This document shows, piece after piece, positions 1 through 17,255 of a stretch of 64,000 nt of DNA. The stretch lies in the NCBI RefSeq assembly GCF_009914755.1, contig NC_060934.1. One strand, given 5' to 3'. The DNA comes from the human T2T-CHM13v2.0 reference genome, Homo sapiens. The notes under the pieces are model-generated. The model was not told where the DNA came from. It ran no database searches and was given only the letters and a program-made list of their open reading frames with translations. Both the position numbers and the translations under genes were made by a program. Numbering within the stretch: the first letter of the stretch is position 1; each line of letters starts with the position of its first letter.

Positions 1-94
1 CAGTGGAAGCTGTAGCGTCTTAGCTTTCAACATCTAGGACATTTGTAATATTTGCCCATCTTACTTTATCACTTTACCTGAACTGTGCTCCAGC

Positions 95-170
95 CCTGAC
101 ATTCTAGTCCTGAGTAGGGGCTCAGGAATATTTGTTGAGAAATACTAATGAGTAAACGAATCAATAAATG
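95..170 (+). mobile_element. L2 LINE 3' end remnant
   Basis: gtaggggctcaggaatatttgttga...aatga...aataaatg resembles the L2 3' terminus. Confidence 0.4.
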
Positions 171-484
171 GACTCTCATTACATCTGATGTATTTGATAT
201 TTCTTATTCCAGCTTCTGTAGACATAAAAACCCATCATAATTTAAACGACAACTTAAGAATAATATATGTTGACTTGAATCAGTCACATCACTCACTCTT
301 TTAGTGCTTAGCAATTTCTTCTTGTATCCATAAATAAAGTCCATTCCTGTTTTAAAGCCTGTTTTAAAAAAAACAGAGTGAAACTCAAATTGTTGAGAAG
401 ATAAGTAGCTTTATTAAATATGATAGCTTCAGCATTTTACAGATTCACCGGTGAAACTTCTCAACTGAGAGAGTGTGATGCTGC

Positions 485-580
485 TCAGGTTCTTTGGCTA
501 TAAACTAGGGGCAATAACAGCTCTGACACCTCAGGGCCATGGTATTTAGTAAGATAGTTTATGTAAGGTGTCTGAATACA
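485..580 (+). mobile_element. MIR fragment
   Basis: ctataaactaggggcaataacag...cctcagggc...aagatagtttatgtaagg resembles the MIR core/3' part. Confidence 0.4.
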
Positions 581-689
581 GGAGGGACCAAACAAATACC
601 AGTGGATTTAACTGACTAAATTTTTGTTAAACTGAGCACAAAAACAGAGACCAAATAGCAGCAGAGGTCGGAGCTAACCATGTGCAATC

Positions 690-1212
690 CCCTAAGACCC
701 AGCGATTCCACTTCTAGCTCTATACCCAATAGAAAAGCTCACAGAGATGCATCTAAAGACCTGCCAAGGATGTTGATAGCTTCAGTACATGTAATAGTCC
801 CAAACTAGAAACAATCCAAATAGCAGCATTAAAATGAAGCAATGCATTGTGTTACATTCACACAATGGAACACTATACAGCAACAAAAACAAATGAAGGA
901 CTCAATGTGGAACAACACGGATGAATCTCACAAGCACAACACAAAAGAAAGGAGTCACATGCAAAAGAGTACATATATCTTTAATTGATATAAATCTTAA
1001 CAACGAGTGAACTAATCTGCTGATAGAAATTGTGAGTGGGAACAGAGACTGGGAGAGAGTCTGAGAGGCCTTCTTGGATGCTGCAATGTTCTAGATCTTG
1101 AGCTAGGGATGATTATCTGGAGGTCCTCGGTTTTTAAAACTTCATAAGGCTACTTATGAATGGTGTGCCTTTCTTTATGGATGTCACATTTCAATAAAAA
1201 GCTTAATTAAAA
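690..1212 (+). mobile_element. Old L1 (L1ME-like) ORF2 end/3' UTR
   Basis: gacccagcgattccacttctag, caaactagaaacaatccaaa, atggaacactatacagcaa, atgaatctcaca; ends in tttcaataaaaa. Confidence 0.75.
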
Positions 1213-1399
1213 TGACAAAAGACAAGCAGGTTGGGTGTTTGGGAAGATGGACTAGCAAATGTAATGGCAAGGAATTCCTGGTGTTTGAACATATAGCAGA
1301 GATTAGGGAAGCAATAAGAAGGATGCTTCAAGAACAGATCCTTAAGTCAATGTGTATCTAAGGATGAAAAAGAAAGCCTGTGATAGTAATGGCTTCTTT

Positions 1400-3080
1400 T
1401 CTTTTCTGGGTTACATGACAAAAATGCTTGTCATCTGATGAGATAAAAGGATAGCCATCTGGAAAAGTAAATAATCTAAACTTTACACTGTACATTAGGA
1501 CAAATTCTAAATGAATCAAAGATGTATATGTAAAATAGAAAACCATTAATATATTAGAAGATAAATGGGAGAGTTCCTTTTTAATCTTGGAATAGAGAAG
1601 GCCTTTCTGACTATGACACAAAAGCAAGAACCCATAAAAAATGGATAATTTGACTACACAATTATAAAAGCCTTCTGTTTGGTGAAACAACCACAACCAC
1701 ATCACACACACAAAAAAGCAAAAAAAAAAAAAACATGAAAAGCAAAATCAAAAGACAAATGAAAACAGGACAGGTAAACTGTAATTTAATCATAGTAAGA
1801 GGACTAAACTTCGGTCTTAATCCCTTTAATGGAATACCAAAGACTGTGTACTTTATAACAGAAATGTATTTGGCTCACAGTTCTCAAGGTTGGGAAGTCC
1901 AGGATCAAGGAGCTGCATCTGATGAGGGCCTTCTTGCTGTGTCATAACATGGCAGAAATCATCATGTAGCAAGAGAATGTGCAGGAGAGGGTAAGAGATG
2001 GCTGAGCTTGCTTTTATAACAAATTCACTCTTGAGATAATGAACTCACTCCCACGATAATGGCATTAATCCATTTATGAGGGCAGAGCCCCCTCATGACC
2101 TAATTACCTCTTAAAAGTCACCCCCTCAACACTGTTACATTAGGGATTAGACTTCTAACACATGAACTTGGGAGGATACATTCAAACCATAGCACCTTAT
2201 GTTAAGAGCTTCTAGGAACAGATAAGAAAAAAACAAAAAAAGATAGGAAAACAGATAAAGCTTATGAACAGATAGTTTACAGAAAAAGAAATACAAATTG
2301 CTCTTAAACATATGAAAAAATGAGGCTAACCTCATTCACAATATGAGAAATGCAAATAAAAACAGACTTCATTTTTCAACTAATCGATTGGAAGAGAAAC
2401 ATGTTTGATAACACCATTTTGGCGGGCCTCTGGGAAACAGGCATGTTTATATATTGCTGTTGGGTGTGCACATTGGAGCAACCCTTCTGGAGGCTATTTG
2501 ACAACACCTATCAAAATTAGAAAAGTATATCCCTTTGGCCTTGAATTCCAGTTCTGAGATTTGTCTTACAGATTTACTAGTCCACATGCAAAATGCTGTA
2601 TATACCAGGTTATTCACTTCAGCATGGTAATCACAAGAGTAGAGACAATCCAAGACCATTGAGAGATGGGTAGTTCAGCAGATGAGGCATCCATACAATG
2701 GGATACCATGTTAAAAGAAAGAAGCTCTCTATTAAGGACAATGGAATTCCATGTGTAAAGGAGGAAGACCTCTAAATAAGAAAAGATCTGTAAGATACAC
2801 AATAATGCAGAACAAAGCAAAGGAGAAGAGTGCATGTAACATGTGAAGGTATGTGTGGGGGTAACCAAAGAATCTATATGAATAGTTGCTTGATCTACAT
2901 AAAGAAGCCCAGAAGAATACATTAAGAATATCAAAACAGAGTTACCTGTGCGTGGAAATGGAGGTGGGTGGAAATTGAGAGAGGAAGGGATGGCTGGGAA
3001 GAAGACTTTTTCCTGGTTACCTTTTCATGCTAAAAAATGTTGATCTTTGTGAATATATTAGCTATTCAAATAATTTAAAA
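1400..3080 (+). mobile_element. Old L1M ORF2 3' part and 3' UTR, interrupted by a MaLR LTR
   Basis: atagccatctggaaaa, aaattctaaatgaatcaaaga, aaacatatgaaaaaatg, gaaatgcaaataaaaac; L1 homology resumes at 2195 after the LTR. Confidence 0.75.
1813..2194 (-). mobile_element. MaLR solo LTR (MST family)
   Basis: tttggctcacagttct, ggcattaatccatttatgagggcagagccc; ends acattcaaaccatagca (reverse complement of the MST start TGCTATGGTTTGAATGT). Confidence 0.85.
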
Positions 3081-3702
3081 CACATCTTAGCTTGTGCTGG
3101 GTCTAGTTCTAATTAGAATGCCCTGCCTTCTTCTTAAGCTAGTGATTTGGCAAGGTAGAGCAGAGAGAATTTCTGTTTTGGGAGTTTTCGGTCTTTTCGT
3201 TAGTAAAAGAGCAAACAGAAGTTATGTACTAATCCAGGATTTGTGCTTTCTTTCAGTGACTTTTAGTGAAATAAAAGGATTGAAATAGGTTGCCTAACAT
3301 ATTTAGAGTCTCATCTTAGAGGACAGGGTTTTGTAAGGCTAGAACTTGGCAAGTGGGCACAACCAACAGGAAGCAGTTCTGGGTTCCCCTTTTATAGCTT
3401 CACAGGCAGAGACAAGAGCTGACAAATCAGAGGGAGCTAGCTGAGGGTTTGGCCAAAAACAATTTAGCAAACTCCAATTTTACCCAACTACCTGGATATT
3501 TCAAATAAAAGTATCTTTTAGGTAAAAATGATTCTGGACAATTAACGTGATCCCTTATTTTATGTTGTGTGACTCAACAGAGGATGATTCGTAATCCATG
3601 GCCCAGCCCGTGTCCAAATCCCATTGACCCTCTCGTGGGGGCAGGAGCTGTGTGGTGTTTATTCATTCAACATGCAGTTTCTGAGTGAAGAACTGAATAA
3701 AA

Positions 3703-4478
<776 letters not shown>

Positions 4479-5271
4479 TTAAAGAGAACGTGAGGTGAAG
4501 TCGTTGTCTACACGTTACAGACTTTGAGAAATTGTGTCAATAAAGGAGAACTTCATTTGGCCTTAGGTAAGAGCCATTCAATAAATTAGTTGGCTGAGGG
4601 TAGAGACGTGCAGGGAGAACCAGGATCTATGTAAAACCAGGGGGGCAGTGAAGAATTAAGAGGGCAGGCAGTGAAGCAAAGGCAAAAAAATTAATAAGAT
4701 AAAAAGCTGCTCCAGCCCCAGCTTGCATTCCCTGTGATGCATAAACCAGGTGATCTTTGTTAGCCTTGGGAGAGGCAGAGAAGGTGAGAAGTGGGGGCCG
4801 ATTGTCACAGGACTGTGGCCATCTATTTCCCCCGTGACCGTCTCCATTAGAACAGGATAGAAGTGAGATCAATCAGAAAGCCACCTTCACAGGGAAGACG
4901 TCCCGGCCCCGTGTAAATGCGCTGTGAGCTGCTGTTAGTGACGCTAATGTGGTTCCGAGAGGCGTCCTCGCCCAGCCCCAGAGCTGCAGACTGAGGCAGG
5001 GCCCGGGGTGCTGAGCTGAGGGGTGTTCCATCACCCGGACAGGGAAGGCAGACGGCCTTGGGCTCCCAGCTGGCCTTGTAAAACTTGAGTCATGGTGACA
5101 GAATTCCTTCCATCATCGTTTATGCTGCACCTTCCCGGCTGCATTACTGTTATTTAGCATCCTGCCGTCATCCATAAAGCACCTCGCTGCCATTTGTTCT
5201 TTATTTCTCACTCTCCTGAGGTTTGCTGTTCTCATTCCCTGTCTGGAGCAGAGAGGTGGGGCGTGGTGGGG

Positions 5272-5308
<37 letters not shown>
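5272..5308. repeat. (GA)n microsatellite, one interruption
   Basis: directly visible. Confidence 0.95.
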
Positions 5309-5327
5309 TTAAAGAACTCTGTTCCAG

Positions 5328-5411
5328 GTTGCCACCTGCCTGCCCCTCGGCCCCCAGGGCCTGGCCTCCCCTCTGAAGGCCCTGCCCACCCTTGGTGGTG
5401 GCACCTGCCAG
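5328..5411 (+). other. Candidate 84-nt exon
   Basis: ctctgttccag| acceptor and consensus CAG|GTAAGT donor; frame 0 open; no transcript evidence. Confidence 0.25.
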
Positions 5412-5764
5412 GTAAGTGTGGCAGGGCTGGAAATATGAGGCCTGGCATCTGGCCCTCTGCCCCGCTGTTCTGCTTTATGACCATGGGCAAATCTTTCTGT
5501 CTCTTTTGTGTATCCTGAGCTATAAAATGGACAAATGATGGTGGCCCCCTTTTCTTCCTTGCAGTGATGCCATGCCGGTTCTTAAGTTTTTCCCTAATGT
5601 AATAAATCTCAGAGACCAAACAGGATCATCAAAAAGAAAACCCACTGAGTTCCCAAGAAAGGCATGGCTCTTCATGCCCCTGTTCATGTGTGTTCTTGCC
5701 ATGAAAGGCCGTCACCTGGGCAGGCGTCCCCATGGCTCTCCCGTCCACTTGCTGAGTTCATCGC

Positions 5765-6153
5765 ATATCAGGTCCTTCCTCTACTAGAAACCCTCAATGG
5801 CCTGTATCCCATGCAGAGTCAAAGCCAATATTCAGAATGGTCTGGGCACTCCACAGTGGCCCCTGCCCCTAACTGACAGCCTGGCTCCTCTCCCCTCCTC
5901 CCTGCTCTGCCCAGCCATGCCAGCCACCTTGCTGCCCTCGCACAAACACCTGGGCCACACCCATGATACCTGGCACTTTCTGTTTCCCAAAACTATCCTT
6001 CCTGACTCTTTCCTTTAATGTCACCTTCTCAGGAAAGGCATCCCTGACCAGGCTGGGAACCCCCCAGGGCGGGGACTTTGCTGCTTTGTTTCCTCCTATA
6101 TTTACAGTACCTTTCTCAGTGCCGAGACAATAAACATTTACTGAATAAATAAG
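5765..6153 (+). mobile_element. L2 3' region
   Basis: aaaccctcaatggc, aatgtcaccttctcaggaaaggcatccctgacca; ends caataaacatttactgaataaat. Confidence 0.65.
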
Positions 6154-6555
6154 TTATATCTCCCTTTTAGCAAGCAATTAATAATAGTAATACACCTGGT
6201 ATGACAGTATCCAAAGCACTTTGAATGCAAAGCCCATAGCATTCATGTATTGCAGGCACATTTGCCAGTCACAAACTTGGATGTGCAAAGATGGTCACTT
6301 TATGTACCCTGGGAGTTAACTTGTTTCCAGACCCCCAATTCCACCCATCTTGCCAATACAAGGAAACTGAGTAAACCCAGGCTGATTCCAGGTGTGATTC
6401 CCCAGCTGGTCTACCTTGGCCTGTGTTGGCTGGACTTGGCAGAGAATGGGCCTCGCCCTATAGCAGCTTTTGGGGATGTTTGTCCTGGGAAGGACCATGC
6501 CTGGCTCACAGCCCACCCACAGCCATGCTGTGTGCACCAGCCAGTGATACCCAGC

Positions 6556-6911
6556 TGTATTAGTCCATTTTCATGCTGCTGATGAAGACATACCCAAGAC
6601 TGGGCAATTTGCAAAAGAAAGAGGTTTAATTGGACTTACAGCTCCATATGGCTGGGGAAGCCTTGCAATCATGGTAGGAGGCAAGGAGGAGCAAGTCAAT
6701 GTCTTAATTGGATGGCAGCAGGCAAAGGGTGAGTTTGTGTAGGGAAACTCCTGTTTTTAAAACCATCAGATCTCATGATGCCCATTCACTATCACGAGAA
6801 CAGTGAAGGAAGGGCCTGCTCCCATAATTCAATCACTTCCCACCAGGTCCCTTTCACAACACATGTGAATTCAAGATGAGATTTGGGTGGGGACACAGCC
6901 AAACCATATCA
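6556..6911 (-). repeat. THE1 3' LTR
   Basis: ends ggggacacagccaaaccatatca, the reverse complement of the THE1 LTR start. Confidence 0.95.
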
Positions 6912-7093
6912 TTTCACCCCAGCCCCTTCCAAATCTCATGTCCTCACATTTCAAAACCAATCATGACTTCCCAGCAGTCCTCCAAAATCTTAACTCATTT
7001 CAACATTAACTCAAAAGTCCACAATTCAAAGCCTCATCTGAGACAAGGCAAGTCTCTTCTGCCTTTGAGCCTGTAAAATCAAAAGCAACTTAG

Positions 7094-8252
7094 TTACTTC
7101 CTAGATACAATGGAGGTACAGGCATTGGGTAAATATAGCCATTTCAAATGGGAGAAATTGGCCAAAACAAAGGAGCTACAGGCCCCCATGCAAGTACAAA
7201 ATCCAGTAGGGCAGTCAAATCTTAAAGCTCCAAAATGATCTCCTTTGACTCCATGTCTCATATCCAGGTCACGCTGATGCAAGAGGTGAGTTCCCAGGGT
7301 CTTGGACAGCTCCACCACTGTGGCTTTGCAGGGTACAGCCTCCCTCCTGGCTGCCTTCACGGACTGGCATTGAGTGTCTGTGGCTTTTCCAGTAGCACAG
7401 TGCAAGCTGTCAGTGGATCTACCATTCTGGAGTTTGAAGGATGGTGGCCTTCTTCTCACAGTTCCACCAGGCAGTTCCCCAGTAGGGACTCTGTGTGGGG
7501 GATCTGACCCCACATTTTCCCTCCACACTGCCCTAGCAGAGGTTCTCCATGAGGGGCCCCACCCCTGCAGCAAGCTTCTGCCTGGGCATCCAGGCGTTTT
7601 CATACATCCTCTGAAATCTAGGCGGAGGTTCCCAAACCCCAATTCTTGACTTCTGTGCACTTGCAGGCTCAATACCATGTGGAAGCTGCCAAGGCTTGGG
7701 GCTTCCACCCTCTGAAGGAACAGCCTGAGCTGTACATTGGTCCCTTTTAGTCACGGCTGGAGCAGCTGGGACACAGGTCACCAAGTCCCTAGACTGCACA
7801 CAGCAGAGGGACCCTGGGCCCAGCCCATGAAACCATTTCTTCCTCCTGGGCTTCTGGGCTTGTGATGGGAGAGGCTGCCACAAAGGTCTCTGACATGCCC
7901 TGGAGACATTTTCCCCATTGTCTTGGGGATTAACATTTGGCTTCTTGTTACTTATGCAAATTTTTGCAGCTGGCTTGAATTTCTCCTCAGAAAATGAAAT
8001 TTTCTTTTCTATTGCATTGTCAGGCTGGAAATTTTCTGAACTTTTATGCTCTCCTTCCCTTATAAAACTGAATACCTTTAACAGCACCCAAGTCACCTCT
8101 TGAATGCTTTGCTGCTTAGACATTTCTTCTGCCAGATACCCTAAATCATCTCTTTCAAGTTCGAAGTTCCACAAATCTCTAGGGCAAGGGCAAAATGCCA
8201 TCATTCTCTTTGCTGAAACATAGAAAGTCACCCTTGCACCAGTTCCCAACAA
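7094..8252 (-). pseudogene. THE1/MaLR internal ORF remnant (overlapping ORFs 7533-8252 and 7094-7708)
   Basis: Typical THE1-int peptides CPCPRDLWNFELERDDLGYLAEE and HGVKGDHFGALRFDCP; frameshift-split. Confidence 0.75.
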
Positions 8253-8393
8253 GTTCCAAGCTTTCCCACATTTTCCTGTCTTCTTCTGAGCCCTCCAAAC
8301 TGTTCCAACCTCTGCCCGTTACCCAGTTCCAAGTCACTTCTACATTTTCGGGTATCTTTTCAGCAGTGCCCCACTCTACTGGTACCAATTTAC

Positions 8394-8747
8394 AGTATTA
8401 GTCCATTTTCACACTGTGGATAAAGACATACCCAAGACTGGGCAATTTACAAAAGAAAGAGGTTTAATTGGACTTACAGTTCCACGTGACTGGGAAGGCC
8501 TCACAATCATGGTGGAAGGCAAGGAGGAGCAAGCCAATATCTTACATGGATGACAGCAGGCAAAGAGAAACTTTGTGCAGGGTAACTCCCATTTTTAAAA
8601 CCATAAGACCTCATGAGACTAATTCACCATCATGAACAGCACAGGAAAGACCCACTCCCATAATTCAATCATCTCCCACTGGATCCCTCCCACAACACAT
8701 GGGAATTCAAGATGAGATATGGGTGGGGACACAGCCCAACCATATCA
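8394..8747 (-). repeat. THE1 5' LTR
   Basis: direct repeat of 6556-6911. Confidence 0.95.
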
Positions 8748-9365
8748 TCATCCTGGCTCCTTGGCAACCTTTTGCTTTCCACACACACACAGGGGATTTC
8801 TTTAGGCCTGAGGAAGCAGCTTCTTCCCTTCTGCCTACAGCTGCACTCAGCATCACTCTTCCAATTCTCTTCAAGGCTCTTTCCTATCAGAGTTCCACTG
8901 GGGATCAGTTCTGGGTTCACTAATTTTGGGTTTCCAAATCCATCAGGAGAATCTCAGATGCCACCCTGAGGGTTGGAGAGAGAAGAGGACCCCCACCAGC
9001 GGGTAAATCCCAGCTCCCCGCTCCTCACTTTCTCTAGCCTGCCCTGCTCTGGCACGCATCCTTCCGTACGCTGTGTTCCCGCCCCAGTCCACCAGGTTTT
9101 AGTTTTGAGACCCAAGTTTTTAGAAATTTCAAAGCCCTTTCTCTCTCAAGCTCTTGCTGCTTACAAAGCAAAGGCAAGGCTGGCTGTCAAACAATGGCCC
9201 AGGCATGGACTTTCAAAAGTCTATTTTTAAATTGAAAGGGAAAAAACAGGAACCAACCAGAAGGGAAAAAGTGTTGAATAATATTTCAAAACATTATGTG
9301 CATACACATTCACTGATGATTTACAGCTTACCAAAACATTTCTACCTACATAAGAGCATGAGATA

Positions 9366-9731
<366 letters not shown>

Positions 9732-10310
9732 TCATACCAGGCAAAAAGGGCACTTCCATCCTAAAACTCCAGTCTTTTTGTTCCAAAATTTGTTGTTGTT
9801 GTTTTTAAATGACCTGTCACACTGATTAGCCTGGGGACTGTATTTGATTGAGTCCTTGTGCCCTATAGTTAACAAACGTGGGAAGTGTGAGTTGAGTAGA
9901 TGAAGTCCTACCCCAAAATGCAGCTCATTTGAGGGATTTATTATTAGACTCACTTTAAAAAAACACTCTTTGTCCATTGCTCTTTGTCTCTTTCCTTTAT
10001 CCTGATGCCTGTTCCTCTTTCCATCTGTTGGTAGTATATCTCGATGGATTTTTTTTTTGTACCTTTCCTTGCCCAATATGAGACTAATAGGCATTTTATA
10101 ATACTTTGAAGTATAAAATTCTTATTAATTTATCTCTTTATTAAATACAAAATAGACAATCAATTGCTGTTTCAAACAAGGAAATATTTTACAAACAAAT
10201 AAAAATCAGAAGGTCTGTTGGTCCGCAAAGTAGATTTTCAAAGCTGCTAAAAATATACAATCATTTAATTCTTCTGTAGAGGGCTACCTCTTTTTAGGAT
10301 AAATAAATGA

Positions 10311-10764
<454 letters not shown>

Positions 10765-11044
10765 TAGGAGTTCCTTTTAATGGCCTGAAAAGTCTTACTG
10801 TATTTCTTTGGTTATTAAATACACATTTTTATTCTGGTAGTTGCATGCTTAACACATTTGAAAGGTTTAAAAATTTGGTTTTCCAACAGATGCTGTAATC
10901 TGTATTTCTAATTTTAGGGATAGTGACAAATTATGGCCAACTTTAACAGTTGATTGTACAGTAAAAGTACAAACACTGACAAATACGGCATCAAGAGTCT
11001 ATGCTTGTTTTCCTAGTTTTCTTGCTACTTTCTCCATCCTTTTA

Positions 11045-11250
11045 ATCCATTCAATCATTGGTGAATTTATTCATCAAACACTTATTGGGCAGCTACTATG
11101 TCCCAGGATGCCTAGACACCTGGTGGGTGCCGGGATGCAGAGTCTTTAGCAGGTGCGGTGTCTGCCCTCAAGGAACTAGACACAGAGGATCAGAGAGTCA
11201 GGGAAGGCTTCCCCAAGAAGATGACCCTTGAGGTGGGCTTTAAAGGGATG
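11045..11250 (-). mobile_element. L2 3' fragment
   Basis: ttcatcaaacacttattgggcagctactatgtcccagg, tctgccctcaagga, tcagggaaggcttc. Confidence 0.6.
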
Positions 11251-11809
11251 ATCAAGTGAGTGAGGGCTGAGGGTGACAACCTTTTGCCGATTTCCGAAAT
11301 CATTCCCCGGTGTTACTGCATAATTCTGTGTGGTTTTGTTACTCCGTGCTCACACCTTACAGATCATTTCTTTGTGAAACGATCCTCAGATGACATAATT
11401 AAAATCTGTTCTCTGTCTCCTGCCACACTCCCGACTGATTTGAGGGAGGTGTTTAATTGTTGTTCCAGGCAGGCTTCAAGGCAAGATCAGAAATTGTGTC
11501 TTTGTGTCTGTGGGAGACAGGGATTGTGGAGGGATCCTCTGGGTCTCCCTGGATGGAATGGGACGGAACCAAATGCTGAAGGTGGAGGAGAGGACCCCAG
11601 GGGTGAGAAGCAGAGGAAAGAGAATAAGGTCCTCCAGGGTCCTCCAGCGTGGGTCTCAATCACAAGTGACGCTGAGGGAAAGCCATCTCATTCTCCTGAG
11701 CTCTCTGTGTATATTAACCAGCTAATAGTAAAGTTGTTTGACAATAGGTTCTTCTACCCCATTGAGAACACTGTATTTCTTTGGTTATTTTGTTTTGTTT
11801 TGTTTTTTC

Positions 11810-12060
11810 TCAAAAAGACAAAAATAATTGAAAAACAAATGTTCAATCGGAGACATGTTTACATTTGTTCAGTGAAATATTATCTAGTTATTGAAAATGA
11901 TAACTATAAAGATAATGGTGGACATGGAAAATATCTTAATAGATCTATATGTTAAAAAATGAATACAAATGGTCTGTATGCTATGATAACAGCTATGCAA
12001 AAGTAAATGCACGCTGATAAGAACTAGAAAGGAATATGTAAAAAAAAATTCAGGATTAAT
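11810..12060 (+). mobile_element. Old L1 3' UTR fragment
   Basis: gtgaaatattatctagttattgaaaatga, acatggaaaata, actagaaaggaatat. Confidence 0.5.
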
Positions 12061-12066
12061 GATGTT

Positions 12067-12345
12067 TGTATTAGTTAAGATAATGCCGGTAGTTGTAAAA
12101 GAAAAATTCTGAAATCCCAGTAGCTTAACACACTAGAAGTAAAGTTTTGCTCAGGACAAGTCCAGTACCAATATAATGGACCTAGGCTCCTTCCAGCTCA
12201 TGGCTATGCCTCCTCCAGGGCCTCACAATCCCCTTCATTCAGTGGGTGGATAAAGAGCTATGCCCTAGCCCTCTTGGGCCCGAAGGTGTCCATCTTTATT
12301 TTCACTCACATTTGATTGGTCTAAATGAGTCACATGGCCCCATGA
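12067..12345 (-). mobile_element. Old MLT1 (J/K/L-like) LTR
   Basis: tgtattagttaaga, cagtagcttaacaca, cctaggctccttccagct, gagtcacatggccc. Confidence 0.6.
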
Positions 12346-12674
12346 TAGGATCAGAGGCTTGCACGCATTGGAAATCTATTTTTTCTTTTGTACTTTTTGA
12401 TATTGAGTCTATAGTGACTTTCTTGTCTGAACTAAAAACATTTACTACAACAATAAACACCCCAGTATTTCCTCTTTCTGGAAGGTGCTGTACCCTCCTC
12501 CCTACTCTGTCAGGTAGACTACTTAAAATTCTCTCTTTCAAGGTTCTCTTTAAGTTCCTTCTGCTCCATAAATCCCAACCTGCCTACTGCAGCCTCAAGA
12601 GCAGAGCTCTCACTGTTGATATCTGGACCATGAATCATACTTTCCTCTTAAAGGCACCATAGGATGGTTGAGGT

Positions 12675-17119
<4,445 letters not shown>

Positions 17120-17255
17120 CCCTATGTCCAATTCCTCTCTGCCACTTGCTAACTTTGTTGCATTGAGCAAATGCCTTGAGGTCTCTGAGCCTTAGTTTCT
17201 TCAATGGTTAAGGATTAAATCAGTTAATATAACTAGCATAATCAATATATGCTAA
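17120..17255 (+). mobile_element. MIR fragment
   Basis: tctctgccacttgctaac, tctctgagccttagtttcttca, aggattaaat. Confidence 0.6.

Larger units (their letters stand above)
6556..8747 (-). mobile_element. Complete THE1 (THE1A/B-like) MaLR element: LTR-internal-LTR
   Basis: Two ~355-bp direct repeats ((t/a)gtattagtccatttt...aaccatatca) flank a ~1.48-kb THE1 internal region; degenerate 5-bp TSD ccagc/tcatc. Confidence 0.95.

Noticed and set aside
5113-5619. 168-aa minus-strand ORF
   Set aside because: Crosses the (GA)n repeat (LSLSL), GC-rich stop-poor sequence, no recognisable homology.
11260-11955. 231-aa ORF, longest on the + strand
   Set aside because: GTG start, no recognisable domain, runs through a T-rich tract into an L1 fragment; consistent with a chance ORF.
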